From contig NMRA01000042.1 in NCBI GenBank assembly GCA_002633005.1, forward strand, positions 1,055,038 through 1,119,037: a stretch of DNA of 64,000 nt. Reading direction: 5' to 3'. The translations under genes and the position numbers were made by a program. The notes beneath the pieces were generated by a model that was not told the DNA's origin, did not search any database, and worked only from the letters and a program-made list of their open reading frames with translations. Numbering within the stretch: the first letter of the stretch is position 1; every line of letters begins with the position of its first letter. Below, in pieces: positions 1-14,010 of this stretch. The stretch comes from Phoronis australis. Lineage: Eukaryota; Animalia; Phoronida.

Positions 1-740
1 GCGCGTATGTCGTCAGACGGGAGGAACGAGCACCGAGACAAGAAGTGGTCTGAGGAAGTGCAGCTGGCGGTGGTGCATAAGACACACGACGGGGTTCTAC
101 GGGGCGAGGGGGGTTGTGTTAGAGCTGGTTACACGCATGAAACGAGTGTCCTCGATACACCTAAGCTCATTAAGTAGTGAGTTCATAGCTTGAGAAATTT
201 CAGTCAGTGCGCAACTCCGCACCGTATCGTTGCTTAACAAGCTGGGATAAACCAGGCTTGACCAGCTGTAACCATAAAAACACAATAGTATTTTCAAGGG
301 AGGGAGTCATGTCTTCGTCGATGCCGACAGCTTCGCCATGATGCGTTAAGCCACACCCAACGGTAAGTAAGCTATCCTAGCAAAAATCAGTGAGGCACTG
401 GAATAGGTCTTCAGAACGTTCATTGGGATATATTGATATGAGTACTGGGTCTAAGAACATACCATGAATAATACGCTTACATGTATAAGGAAGTCACACA
501 TTTCTAAAGATATGAGGGAATTTTCACCACTCGTCATTCTGAGCGGCTTTTACCAGGATCAAAGAGAGCGCGGCGCCAGAGTTGGATACAGTTGTGATGA
601 CCATATTGTCCGGTGCGAGCAAGACCCAATTACTAAGTGAAATTACCCGACCATAAACTGTAGTAAACATTTCTGCCTGTACACACTGGCGAATTTTCAA
701 AATTCATTAACTAATAATTTTCGTTAAAAACGAACACCAT
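1..740 (-). mobile_element. Possible degenerate 5' end/ORF1 of a non-LTR retroelement (PHD-like remnant)
   Basis: The minus strand has an ATG near 740, a broken Cys/His pattern (KCVT..TCKRIIHGM ~505-460) and a Pro-rich low-complexity continuation to the window edge. It contains many stops. The assignment is weak inference. Confidence 0.25.
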
Positions 741-3418
741 GGCGGTATTCAGCTGGTTTTCCATTTCTAAAAATCGATGAACTAATTAAGCTAAAACAAC
801 AAACATTGGTTACGATTGAAGATAAACGACCGTGGGTATTGACATACTCGACAGTTTTACAAACACTGATTAGAGTTAACAATATCACATAGGTTATTCT
901 TTTAATAATCTTTCAATCTATGGAACAGTTAATGCCCACTCTTCATTTTATGACTGACAAGTTATAATAGTTATGTAGCCAGTGCAACCGAAATTGCGCA
1001 GATTCCAAATCTTCTGTTTGGCTATCACCATATTTGCACTTTTGTATATATTTTTAACTTGAACTAATGGCACGTGTTGTTTAATTTTTGTTTGCTAGGA
1101 AATGTTTAGTGTAAATGTAGCTGTAATATGGAAAGTTCAGGGATGGGTTCACAATTAACTAAGCTAATTACAGTTTCGCTGGCAATCAAAATCTACCACT
1201 GTTTTGGTACTTCAAGTTAAAAAATAAAACGAAAAGGTATCAACCCGTTCCCGGTAAGAAAGAAAACAAGTAGACAGGAATACTAAAAATGAAATAACGA
1301 AAACCGGTATGAAACGTATTTAAAACCGTGATCGTTCCTGACGAGACGGAGCCGGAAGGGTTCCAACCAAACACAGTCGTACGAACAACACTAAAAAATA
1401 CAATGGAGCTGGTTGTCTAGAAACGTAACTAAATGGTCTTGCTTGATGAACAAAACTGTCAAAATGAAAATGAAGCAATGAAATTACGTTTGATTGGAAA
1501 ACTGCAACACTCGATCAAAAAGCAGTCGAGCAGACTGCTGGAACTAATTCACAGTGCAAACTCTCGCGACTAGTCTCGGGGTCGCAACCTCTGAGAGTAC
1601 ATTGGTCACGTGCAGGAATTGGCATTCTTGAGCCACGTCATTGATACAAAGATAAATCAGTCCAATAAATTTTCACAGCTTAATTTTCCACTAAGTGCAA
1701 AATTTGAGCTTTGATTATGGCAAGATTTGTTATCCCGATTTTACTCTAAGTGAATCATGATCTTAGTGGAGAGCATGCAAGATCATTTTAAGCAATGTCC
1801 GGCTTTAACTTACATGTGTTTTAGTGTCACTTGTAAGAAAAAAATGATAGTGGCATTGCGAAAGCATAAATACTCGTTAAGAGATTCGCAACTCCGTGAA
1901 ATCACGCGGCCTTACGCGATACTACGTTTGGAGGACTTCCTGTGTTTTGGTTTCTTGTAGTAACGAAGGTAAACTTTCGTTTTTATTTCGCGCATTTCAA
2001 GCATTTTTTAGTTTTTAACTAACTTGCTTCACGTATGCCAGCAATACAAGTCGGATTTTTGCTACAACACTCCCTGGACTAAGTCGACAAGTTGTTGCTG
2101 ATTCGGCCCAACTCAGTGACAGCATGGATACTGCGACAGTTCAATACAAGAATCGAGGTTTTTGGCTCAATGAAAGGAAAAATCTCTTCATCTGGTTGGA
2201 TTCGCAGTTGTTCACAATGGATTTTAGTTTGAAGTTGAGATTTTGTAGGAATTTTGGCTTGACCTAAATGTAGTAGCTTCTCATTTGTCACTACATGTAC
2301 GTTTACAATGTCAGTGACTTCATAGAACAGCCTAGCCTCGGCTATCCACCTGCTAACAGCTTTTTTTTGTTCTGTAACAAATGGCCTTAAATTTATGTAG
2401 GCTACCATATGTCAGTTGATTCATCTCGATGGTTACTTTCCAAAAATGTCGGTGCTACCTGTTTAGTTTTTTGTTTTTCGTCAAGTAGAAGATTCACACA
2501 ACTACTGCGCTGTGCCAGGATTTATAAGACAAGACAATGACATGCCATCCTGGAATGTTGATTTGGAGTCAATGTTTTGCCAGTAATAAATATATGTCAT
2601 AATAAATATAAATTATTGCACATGATGATCCTGTGCTCACGATTAATGAGATTTCCCTTGTTAAACATTTAAAAAATACACTGGATTGTTTTAAATTTGG
2701 AAACTACTTTTATAAATACGGTGTGCTAATGATAAAGCTATTGGATTTCCTTTATGAATTATCAAGTAAAATAGATCAAGAGGAAATTGTACAATATCAA
2801 GATTTGTAGAGAAACTCTATTTCGGAAAATTTAGTACGCAAAGGGTGCTTTTATATTCCTTTCTCAGAAATGTACACAACACTTTTTATTATGTTTTTTC
2901 CTGTTTGTCTTTGTAAAAATCAATTCGACCGTGTATTTGTGTTGCCAATTTTTCCTTAACAATTGTAAAGTTAGACAGGGCAATCCCAGACCCATGTTAC
3001 TTACTCATTGGAGCTGGGAAAATAAAAATAAAAAATGTCTATTTTTTGTGTGCTATGCTGACTTTCACTGTCATCAACAGATTTTTCGTTGTTTCGGAAA
3101 AGAAGTCTATTGGTAACAAGAGTAAATTTCACTCGGACAAATTATTTTGTATTAAAAGAAATGGCGGCTCTCTATTCAAAAAAACAAATAGTACAAATGC
3201 TACCACAAGCGCAACTGTGTGTTGTTCAGGCACAAATAGCAAAGACAAATATCCAGGAGGCAATTTCTCTCCTAGATCGCCATCTCATGGCCAGTCGAGA
3301 TTTCTTGACAGTGCTGCAAAATACAGATGGCTTTGTTTATCTATTTTACCATCTCTGCACAAACCTCATGAAGGAATGGGGTGCTGGCTTTCTCTAAGAA
3401 ACTAGGCAACATATATGT

Positions 3419-6283
3419 CAGAGTGACAAACATGGCGAGTTTACATGTCACGCTTCAGGTGGCTGTAGCACTGTAGACTATTTGATAGTATCGACAAGTC
3501 TCTTTCAACATATTTCAGATTTTAGTGTAGGCACATTTGACGAGTCTGACCATTTTCCTATTGTTCGTAATGTTGCAGGTAATTGTGTGTATGACAGTCG
3601 TTGTAGCGTTAGCCAATCAGCATCGAAATCAAACACTAGACTGGAGTGGGATAGTGGCCGAGTAGCAGAATTCCATGAAGTGTTCTCAAATTGCCTATCA
3701 GAAAGTCTAGATCGAGTAGCTGAACAGATTGCTCGTGGCGACACTAGAAAGTGCAACAGATGGTATCACAAATCTGTATAAACAAACTGCTACATCGATG
3801 GCAATGTTTAAAAATAAACGTACTTATGCTAAAAGGCAGAGCAAACAACCCCCTTGGTGGGACAAAGAATTACATACTGCGAAAAAACTAAAAATCACTA
3901 TTTGAATATTTTTCGGAGAGACTCTTCCCCTGGAAAATTGGCAGTATACAAAGAAAATAAGAAACAATTTCGCATGCAATACAAAGAAAAAGAAAAAGAG
4001 CACCAATCGAAGTTGCTAGAAAATATTTTGGATAGTAGAAATAATCCAAAGCAATTCTGGGCTTTGGTAAAATCAAAATTTAATAGTACTCCGAAGGAAA
4101 CTGCGATAACTCCAGAACGGTGATACACGTATTTTAATTTGTTGTTCAATAAACGGATGGAACCGAACGAAACTATGTCAAATGCGGTCGTAAAACAACA
4201 AGAAAATCATGGCAATTACTGCCAGTGATGCTTGTGACAAAAATTTACCCAGTGATATGAACACTTGTTTCTCATGTGAGGAAATTGACTGCGCTATAAT
4301 GGATCTGCCAAACGGCAAAGCGGCCGGCATTGATCACGTTGTGTTTGAGATGTTGAAGAGTACGAGGGTAGCTATTGTTCCTGTATTGGAACTGCTTTTC
4401 AATGGAATTCTCGCTACAGGTCACTACCCACAGGGCTGGTGTGACGCAATAATTGTTCCTATATTTAAACAGGGTAACACTGAAGATGAGAACAATTATA
4501 GAGGTTTCGTTGTTGTCTGCAGTAGGAAAGCTATTCACCAAACTTTTGAACAACCGGCTTAGGACCTGGGCTGAGGCAAATGACGAACTTCGTGAATCAC
4601 AGGCGGGATTCCGCAAGGGCTATTGCACTCAGGACCAAATGTTTACGCTTCAGGCCATGTGCCAAAAATATATCCCTAAGCCCGGGGGGTCGTTTTTATG
4701 GTGCTTTTGTCGACTTTTCGAAGGCGTTTGACAGAGTTCCCACATGCTACTCTGGTATAGATTACAAAAAATTGGTGTCCATGGTAACGTACTTAAAATC
4801 TTGAAATCCATGTACAGCAAATTACGTTCATGCTGAAGGACCCGAGAAGGGTTAACCGACTTTTTTGACTGTTCTGTCGGCACCAGACAAGGGTGTATGA
4901 TCAGCCCACTATTATTTATCATGTATCTGAACGAATTTATCGAAGTCCTAGATTATGCCCAAAATATTAGAGGGATTTATATCAATGAAGAGGCTCCGCA
5001 TGTCAAATCGCTGTTGTATGCTGATGACATGGTTCTGTATTCGAGCACTCAAATTAATTTGCAAAAAATGTTAAATTGCCTTTATGATTATTGCTCTTCT
5101 TGGGGCATGAGTGTAAATCTGAAAAAAACTAAGATCGTTGTTTTTAGAAATGGCGGGCCACTCAGAGCGTATGAGAAGTGGTATTATGGAAACCAAGTAG
5201 TGGAGGTTGTCTCCCAATATAAATATCTAGAAATATTTTTCACACCAAGATTAGTCTGGTCTAAAGCCACTAAAACTCTGGCACGTCAAGGTAGTAAAGC
5301 TGCTATGTCCATCTCCAAAATTAGAAACCGGTGCACGGAATTACCATTGAGCCTATCACTTGAACTGTTTGATAAAATTGCTGTACCAATTATGTGCTAC
5401 GGCGCGGAAATCTGGGGATTCAAAGAATACGAATGGCTTGAAAATGTTTATGTTAAATTCTGTAAAATTGCTCTTGGAGTTGGAAACTCTTGCTCAAACG
5501 CAGCTGTATTGGGTGAATGTGGAATTTATCCGCTCTATGCAAAGTATTGTCACGTGTGTAAAATATTGGCTAAAGTTATTGAAAATGCCACCTACTAGAT
5601 ACGCTAAAGCGGCTTATGACATGTTAGTTGATTTAGATAGGAATGGAAGAAATACTTGGGTATCTTCTATTAGACAATTGCTATCAAAATACGGTTTTTA
5701 TCAAATTTGGTTGAATCAAGGTGTCACGTGCGTAGTCTCGTTTTTAAGTTTCTTCGCGCAAAGAGTTAATGACTGTTATGAGCAAGGTTGGCGATCAGAA
5801 ATTGAGCATAATGCAAAACTTAAATTCTACTCTAACTTTAAGACTCTGTACTGTTTTGAACCATATCTTAAGTTACCGCTACACAATAGTCTTATTCAAG
5901 CGTTTACTCGTTTACGTTGCTCCAACCACAGACTACAAGTGGAAGTGGGTAGACACGAGAAAGTGGAATATTACAATAGATTATGTATGGCTTGCAATGA
6001 TGGTCTTGTAGAGGATGAATACCATTTCCTGTTGGTTTGCAAGGGATATTGTGAACTTAGGTCACGTTTTATGAAGGAAGTTCAATGGAGGCATCCAACT
6101 CAAGAATCCTGTATACGTCTGCTCGCTAATCCAGATATATCTGTTGTTAAATATGTGTATTTTGTCCTTAAAAGACGAGAACAACTCTTAAATGGGTTGA
6201 CTGCTTGAGCAAATGTGCCTGATTAATTGTTTTGTTTATTGTACTTTGGGTCAGAGGCCTTCAATACAAATACAAATAAACTA
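3419..6283 (+). mobile_element. 5'-truncated LINE (RTE-X/L2-like), ORF2 pseudogene: APE C-terminus + reverse transcriptase + C-terminal Cys/His knuckle
   Basis: Frameshifted fragments read GEFTC..GCSTVDY..ESDHFPI (APE end), GKAAGID, IVPIFKQG..NYRG, QAGFRKG, FVDFSKAFDRV, GTRQGCMISPLLF, LLYADD and RLCMACNDGLVEDEYHFLLVC. There is a (TACAAA)n/AATAAA tail at 6262-6280. A perfect 12-bp TSD CAACATATATGT lies at 3407-3418 and 6284-6295. Confidence 0.93.
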
Positions 6284-7245
6284 CAACATATATGTAAAAT
6301 ATCGGATAACCACTAGAAACACAGCTGATATAACACCTATCAACAAATTTAAGCATTCATTCTTTCACTCTCGTGTTTACTGATACCGAATATTGTGTTG
6401 TTTTCCTTGTTTCAGTAGGTGGTTTTATTTCATGTTATAATTCATTTTTTTTTCTACAGGCAAAATTACGACACTTAAAACTGCTTTCCCTTCACTGTGT
6501 ATGAAGTACAAAACCTTAAAAAACCTATCTTTATAATCATAATTATGTTTAAAAGTTGTGTTCGAATGTACTTTTGGGCTATTGCAATAGTGACAACTAG
6601 TTTTTGGCACTCAGGTTTTGCAAATGATATGTCAATGTCAGCCTATGGTCCTTCTCCCTGGAACAAAGCTGTGTGAATTACACAAATATTTATCATTAAA
6701 TATTGTTACAAATTCATTTTTGTCGGTTAACACTTGTGCTCATGTTAATGAGTTGATTTGTACGTTACTGAATTTAAGCAAATACTAATACTACTTGCAG
6801 TAAAAATATCATCTGATGCGGGAAATCACTTATCTGGAGACGTTTCTGGCACTAATAACTAAAAACGTTGACTGAATTATCCTGTGAATGTTTTAAATGA
6901 CAATATACGTGTTTTATTTTTACAAGTCTTAAAAAATGCAAAAAATGAAACAGCTTGACTATTTACTTAACCAGATCTTCAAACACGGGACGGTCGGGTT
7001 CAACATTCGTAACCGGAAGTTTTGTTTCCTCCGTCCGCAGCGCCCTCTCATCACTAGTCCTTTGGGGCCGCAACATGCTCAAAGCGCTCAGGCGAGAGTT
7101 GGCAGTCACTATCTATAGTCTATGGTGAAAGAGTGCAGTTTTATAGTTGTTCTGAACATAAAGCTCTAACTCTCCAATCAAAACCTCAAGGAAAACCCTT
7201 TTAAAATCACGTGGCATTGACCCTTAAACTTGTTTGACATTGCAG

Positions 7246-7342
7246 CCGCCTATGAATGAAACACGTCGGGATATAGTAAATTTGGTGTTTAACAAACTCG
7301 ACCGAACAGGAGATGGCACGTGTACGCCTACAGATTTAAAAG
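7246..7342 (+). CDS. CAPSL: Calcyphosin-like EF-hand protein, internal exon
   Basis: tgcag|PPMNETRRDIVNLVFNKLDRTGDGTCTPTDLK|gtaag. Contains an EF-hand loop DRTGDG and matches the CAPSL pattern PPMS..RK..AF.KLDKTGDG. 97 nt, ending in phase 1. Confidence 0.9.
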
Positions 7343-7737
7343 GTAAGCCCGGTCATGGTCGGTAGGTGGTGTGTTTCATCAAATAAGCGATTGGTTAGTT
7401 TTAGAAAATTTGAGCTCTTTTGAAATCATTTCGATGTTTTTATAAAACAATGAATTTGTTTCATTTTTGACAAAATGCTGTTTTAAGCCTTTCCCGAAGC
7501 ACTCCTTGTTCTCTTTGACATGTAACTTATTCCAAACACTCTAATTTTTTTTAGATGAACAAGTTTCGCAACCGCTTCACTGTCCCGCTTTTGTGTTTTC
7601 GACACTTTGTAACGCGAGGAGAATCGGTTTACGATTATCGTTTACGTGAATCCGTTTTAAACAATCAAAAAGTCGCGAACTGATGACGGACCGGTGAGAC
7701 AGTCCACCGTCTCCGTGATGCCCAACTCGTAGTGTTA

Positions 7738-8159
7738 CATGCGCGCACCCGCAGGGTGTGCTCGCAGTACCGGATGTAGGATACCATAAGGGGGGTCCAA
7801 CATGTTGCCTCGAGGAATTGGGCAAAGCGCGATTGTACGAGCACAGTCGGCCGGAAAGTTGCAGGAGCCGAGGATGTGGACCTTCTGTTCAGCAAATCTA
7901 TCGGTGGACTAAAAAAACGGGAACACGGTTCCGCCGCGACCTGAGGTCNCCCATTTGGCGAAGTGGCAAAAAAAATGTCAGCCTCAGAGAAACAAAAACT
8001 ACGAAAAAAGTGGAAAACGAGAAGGCAGGAACTTCCAAAAAATTCTCCAAATGCAAAATTCATAGCCCTGAACGTACCTCGTGAATCTTTTTTTAGTAAA
8101 ATTTATACATTCTCGAAAATTCGAGACCCCTCCCCCTTTTTGGGCTGGGTGCACGCATG
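7738..8159. mobile_element. MITE (CATGCGCGCACCC termini) containing a fragment of a second MITE
   Basis: Inverted termini CATGCGCGCACCC / GGGTGCACGCATG, with flanks TGTTA/TATTA. Related copies lie at 22288-22530 and 56860-57048. The internal part matches 36560-36757 in reverse. Confidence 0.7.
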
Positions 8160-10702
8160 TATTACTAACATGCCTTGGATGGTTAATCATTCCTAAAAAA
8201 TCACCGACATTACCAACGTCTGATTTTCAACTTCCGACATTGCTATTAATCGACATATTCCATATTCTAGTCGCTTTTCTAAATCCTGGGATCGTGACCG
8301 AATAACTCAGTTTTGCTACACGAAAAATGACACTTGCATTTCGGTTTATTGGCTTAGAAAACGTTCATTGTCGAATATTCACCTTTCATTGGCTAAAATA
8401 TTGTCTATATTAAGTGCTACAAAATTTCACCTTGTCTTGGTACTCACTTGTAGTCGTGTCGAGGTATCTGTAAATAATTCGCATTTCGTGCCAAGACAAA
8501 CTAAATCAAAACGCTGACAGCTTTGAATCACATGGCGATTGTCCACAGTTCTCATTTTCCAGCGGTCGAATTGTACTGTGTTGTCCTGGTCCTGTCTCTG
8601 TATTCATGACAATCGCCCGTTGCCGCGAGAGAGCATGTATTTTTTCTTCGCGATTCTTTTGCCGGTGATCAAAATTTTGTGGCCTTAATGTCAGTCTGAG
8701 CCGGGGTGTATGATGCAGCCCAAGGATATTTGGCTGTAAACAACACAGTAGCCCTTGTATGAATGTCATAGCGAGTCTGTTAGTTCGGGCAATGATTTGC
8801 CCATAAGTGCTGCCGTCGGTTAGCCATATTTGTTGACTGCATTTTTTAACAAAAAAAAACGATAAAATCCAGATAAATAGTGAACATGAAAGATGGTTTT
8901 TTTAAGTAACATATTTTTTCTATTTACTGCAGAGAAACGGTAGGCTTAATGAAAAATCCTGTAATTTATACACAAACAAATAATAACATAGGATCTAGAG
9001 CACTTTTTCGCAAATGAATACCAGTTATTTTTTGATATTCCAAATATTGTAAAGTTTTGATTATCGCTCAAAACACTATTAAAATGGCTACAGAAACGTA
9101 AATGGAACTCTTCTTGATTGAGGATAGAGGGGATTATGCACAACTCGGAAGGGATATTCAACTATTGATGACTGTTTCATATTGACACATATTATTTCAC
9201 TTTGAAATCCATGTTTGGACTGTACTGCTTTCAGTCAGTGAATTTTATCTCCTAACTAATGAGTACAATCCCACAATTCAGCATTCCACCCTCACCGAGC
9301 AATCACTTTAGTGGTCGCCATTTTGATGGGTTAGGAGCATACGAAGCTTTTTGCCTTCCACTCACGTGATCTTGCGTGGTCTTGTATGATCTCGCTTTTC
9401 TTGTGCAGAAGTTGGTCTGCGGTACGTTACTTTCCTTCGCAGCGCCCTCGTGTGGTTAGAGTGACGCTGCAAATGTTAGTGATACTCAACCGTTTTTGCT
9501 GATTCGGGCTTGAAAAACCAGGTCTTGGCAGCTCCACGAGTCTCTTCCACAGGATGTACAACACCTGAAAATACGAACAGTATACTGGGCTAGATACTTC
9601 AAAAATAAAGTCTATTGAAATTCATTTCAGTCTCAAATTTTCCATCTATTTCGACTACCGGAAGTGTAGCCGGCTGCCTCCAAAATAGCATTTATTAGGC
9701 TGATTGCAGTACGTGATTGCTTTTGTAATGGTTGAACCAAAAGGCATTGCGGACAACGTAACGGATTGTGATTGTCGAAAATACAGCGTTGTCGTTCCAT
9801 ATTACTCTAATCGATCTATTCCCCGGTGAAAAGCACACCTAGATCTATATCTGATATCGTTTGCCTCATTGACACTGCACACGCATGTATCAAAGATAAG
9901 GTTTTGGTTTGCAAAACTTTGCCCACAATGTATTCTACTTAGTTTCTACCTATACCAGCTGGTCTGCAGATACTTGTGTTGCGTGTTTAGGAAACCCGGA
10001 CCGGAGCCATAAAGAGGAACACAGCATGGTCGACAACTGGATTATTTATATTGAGTGCTAGTGTTATCTAAAGACTGTCTCCATACAATTCACAGTTCAC
10101 ATAATATATATGATGTGCAGCTTGGTTAAATGGCCTTATGTTGACGTCAGGTCGTAGCAATGCCTCGTGATGTAACTGTTGCTAGCTCTAATTTAATGAC
10201 TTGTTTTAAAATTCTGTTGCTTCATTTGTCGAGATGAAAGTCACGTCGCAACCTACGAATAAACCTATAATTGCTATTCAAAAGTTTCTCGTGTTTCTGA
10301 AGTGTTTCCTTAATTAATCGATTAAATTACTCGCTGAATCTTAAAAACTGCCCCCTGATCTAAGCCCATTCGCTTAATTATTCAAAACTCGCTTTAGCAA
10401 ATGACCAAATCCGCTTCAAGAACCAGATGATCCTATAACTGCTGATCTAAGCTGTTTCGGGGTTAACTATAACCCCAGTACTGTGTTTATTGGGCCGCAT
10501 GACTGAGCCCTTAAATTACGAGCCGGTACATCACGTGATTCTACAGTTGCCTTGCATATATTTGAGCAATTAAATGCAGAAAAAAACACAGAAAAGTCGA
10601 ATTATTTTCATGGAAAAGAACAACAAACAGCTTTTGGCTCCACGTAGCATGCGATAAATTTGTATGATTCTTTTCAACATGCACACAATTAACTGATTGT
10701 AA

Positions 10703-10903
<201 letters not shown>

Positions 10904-10952
10904 TAACATCAATAAATGAGAACCAACCTCGCTAAGTGGTGAATACAAGCAG

Positions 10953-11320
10953 GTGTGTGTCACGGCACTGCCGCGATGTTGTCTTACCCCACTTGCCAAC
11001 GATATGTGTGACAGCACGGTCGTGTTAACACATAGCTATCGTCACTTGCCTGCGGTGTTTGTATTGGCACGGTCACGTGAGCATGTAGCTATCAGCACCA
11101 CTTGCCAACGATGTTTGTCAAGGCACGGTCACGTGAACACATAGCTGTTAGCACCACTTGTTTACGATGTTTGTCACGGAACGTTCACGTGAGCAGGTTG
11201 CTGTCAGACCACTTGCCAACGATGTGTGTCACGGCACGGTCACGTGAGGACAAAGCTTTCAGCACCACTTAACAACCACGTGTGTCACGACACGGTCACG
11301 TGAACTCGTAGCTATCCGAT
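10953..11320. repeat. Tandem minisatellite, ~56-bp unit, ~6.5 copies
   Basis: The unit CACTTGCCAACGATGTGTGTCACGGCACGGTCACGTGAACACGTAGCTATCAGCAC recurs at ~10990, 11043, 11099, 11155, 11210 and 11266. Further units occur at 13998-14010/16999-17040 and 17139-17198. Confidence 0.9.
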
Positions 11321-11324
11321 CCCA

Positions 11325-11613
11325 CTCACTGGTTCCCTACGTGCCTAGCCAGCACGCAGGTATCACGCAGTGGCACGCGTTTTAGCATTAGTTGATGTAC
11401 ATATAACCTCAGGAGACATTGGTTAGCTTTACAACACCGCGAAAAAAACTTGATGTCGGACTGTGAACGATTTTTGGCCTCATGATGCAAGTGGCGGCGC
11501 AACAACTATTTCGTTTCTGCAGTATGTTTAATAGCCGCGTGCTTGAAGCACATACATGTACAATAAACACATATCTGGCCGATTTAACGGTGTGTTATTC
11601 ATACTGTATGAAA
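11325..11613. mobile_element. MITE family A, truncated copy
   Basis: Starts CTCACTGGTTCCCTACGTG and aligns by eye with the left half of 13325-13907. The right terminus was not found. Confidence 0.75.
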
Positions 11614-13324
11614 AGTGGCATTTTTTCATTCTCAGCATGTTCACAAATACAAACAAGTCACATTCACTGAGCCTACATGCAGTGCCTACTGACAAAATGC
11701 CCCCAAACTTGGCCTACACCAAAATTTTAATATTTTGGGAGTGCAAATTGGCCGCGGCCGCAGTCTAACTGTTCAGCGCCACCATATACAGGAACGAATT
11801 ATTATCAGTAATTTAAAAGTCAAGGGAGATAACTCAATTTGCCGATAACCTGTCGCAGAGGGTGTATGTTAAGACTTGTTATTGTCAAATATCAGCGCCA
11901 TTGGTGAAAAATTTTCCATCTCTCTTGAAGTTTGCCCCATACTGGCCTATGTTAACGATCGTCCCGAAGCCAATATCTGAGCGCGTAGCTCATTTTAAAA
12001 AGAAGTGGGTAGTAGAATTCATTTTGCCATCGAATTTGCCGATAGCCTAGGCGACGACCAAGTGTGTTGAGGAGTTGCTGATCCCAAATTCATGTGATTC
12101 TTCGAAATATTTTCTTCGTCTCTTGTGCTCAAAAAATGAATCCACGTACAGTGGTGTGAGGAGTGATACTGATCTCCTGTTTGTCTTGCAATGAAATTTG
12201 CACTCTGTTGAGAAAAGATTAGCTCACAATCTGTAAGAAACGAACATTGCTTCGCCCATTTTCCCACGGGATGATCTTAGGAATACTTTCGAAGTTGGAA
12301 AAAGTTGGTATTTATACAGAATTCAAAATTTTTCGCCTGCAAGATGATTTTAAGGTTGCCTTTAAATTTTTTTTTCGTTTTTGTGCCTCACTAATTACAC
12401 CTGTGAACACAGCAGTGATTTGTTTCATGATTGAATGTTTAAATTTGCAATTGTTATTCTGGCTAGAGTTTGTGAAGAAGTGAACAAAATTATTATGTCT
12501 GATTTCGTTGCCTGATCAAACACAAATCATGCCAAGAATTGTACGATATGGCACTTGGCTTATCTCAAAATCCAACTGCTGCCTGGTGATTTGGTAATTG
12601 ACCCTATTATGTTGCACATCCAGCAGAATTAATGAGAATCATATTATTGCAACATTAAACAAAAATTTTAGACTGAAACATTATCACGTGTTCTTTTCAC
12701 GAATTATCCAAATATGCTATTTGCAAACTTTCAAAACCAAAATTAAAAAGAACTATTGTCGTCCTCAGTGTAAAATCAGCAGCCTGAGGCGATTTAATTA
12801 ACCATTCCAGCATTGCGCCTTTGACCTAAATCGGCAGGTTCTGTGGTAGCCAAGCTGGTCGAGTTGTCCAAACTCCACAGGTTAGGGTGTCAACTTAGGA
12901 TTCTTTTCATGATAGGGAACAGTGGAAATATGTGTCATTTACCTCTTGTAATAGGGTTCAATAACTACGTTGTCCTCCGTCTTATTTTAGCGTTATATAG
13001 AAATGGATTCTGCACACAAATTTTATCTGAAGATTAATGAAAAGCGCTTTGGCATGCAAGCACATGGTCACGCCTGGGCCAATGTATTAACCAGCCATCT
13101 GTGGTTATGTGTTACAATGAACAAACAGCTGTTACTCCGGTGACCCTTGCAGCTACCACTCGCACACTGTAGACTGAGAATTACAGAAGTTCAGATTACT
13201 GGTGATTTACTGTAATCTTGACCAGTGTTGCTCTAGAGACAACACTGACTTCGGGCTCACGTGGTTGCTACTGACTAGAGTCCAAGCTTCGTGTCCTTTG
13301 ACGTAGGCGTACTTATGTGTTCTT

Positions 13325-13907
13325 CTCGCTGGTTCCCTACGTGTAGCCAGCACGCAGGTATCACGTAGTGGCACGCGCTGTAGCATTGGTTGATGTAACC
13401 TCGGCAGTTATTGGTTAGCTGTACAACAGCGTGAAAAATGGCGGACTGTGAACGATTTTTAGCCTTGTCACGCAAGTGGCGTCGCAGCAACTATTTCGTT
13501 TCTGCAGTGATGTTTAATAGCCGCGTGCTTGAGGGAACATACATGTACAATAAACACATATCTGGCCGATTTAATCGGTGTGATATTCATGCTGAATGAA
13601 TACAGGACAGTATCTTAAGCAAAAGTCATCGACAGTGGAAAGATGCACTCCGAAAAGGCGCAACCACAATTTCTAGGATTCACATTTCCTAAACATAATT
13701 TTTTTAAGCACCGAATCAGATTTGTCTGTACAACATACATGTACACTTGCTACATCAGTCATACCAGTTTGTATGCGTAAAGCGCTTCTTGTTGAGAATT
13801 TGACCAGCCAATCAGAAATGCCGGTGTAAAAACTTTTCCCGAGGAAAACTAAGTGATACCTGCGTGCTGGCTACTTACCACCTAGCCGCAAGCAGGGAAC
13901 CAGAGAG
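13325..13907. mobile_element. MITE family A (TIR CTCGCTGGTTCCC, 9-bp TSD)
   Basis: Terminal inverted repeats CTCGCTGGTTCCCT / AGGGAACCAGAGAG, subterminal inverted TAGCCAGCACGCAGGTATCAC, and TSD TGTGTTCTT on both sides. Confidence 0.88.
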
Positions 13908-14010
13908 TGTGTTCTTATGATTGATAAAGGTGAGCATGCCTGTCATGGCGATAAGCGACATCTAGCGGATCGAGGATGTTAAAAATTTCTGGTGATGCAC
14001 TTGCCAATAA

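Noticed and set aside
1336-1390. CTGACGAG hammerhead-like core (also CTGATGA at ~7680)
   Set aside because: No correctly placed GAAA or closing stems.
1550-1580. CACAGTG heptamer (RSS/Transib-like end); others at ~24649, 35386 and 38338
   Set aside because: No nonamer at 12/23 spacing and no matching inverted end with a TSD.
10953-11320. CRISPR-like appearance of the 56-bp and 17-bp arrays
   Set aside because: The units are contiguous with no unique spacers, there are no cas genes, and the context is a eukaryotic intron.
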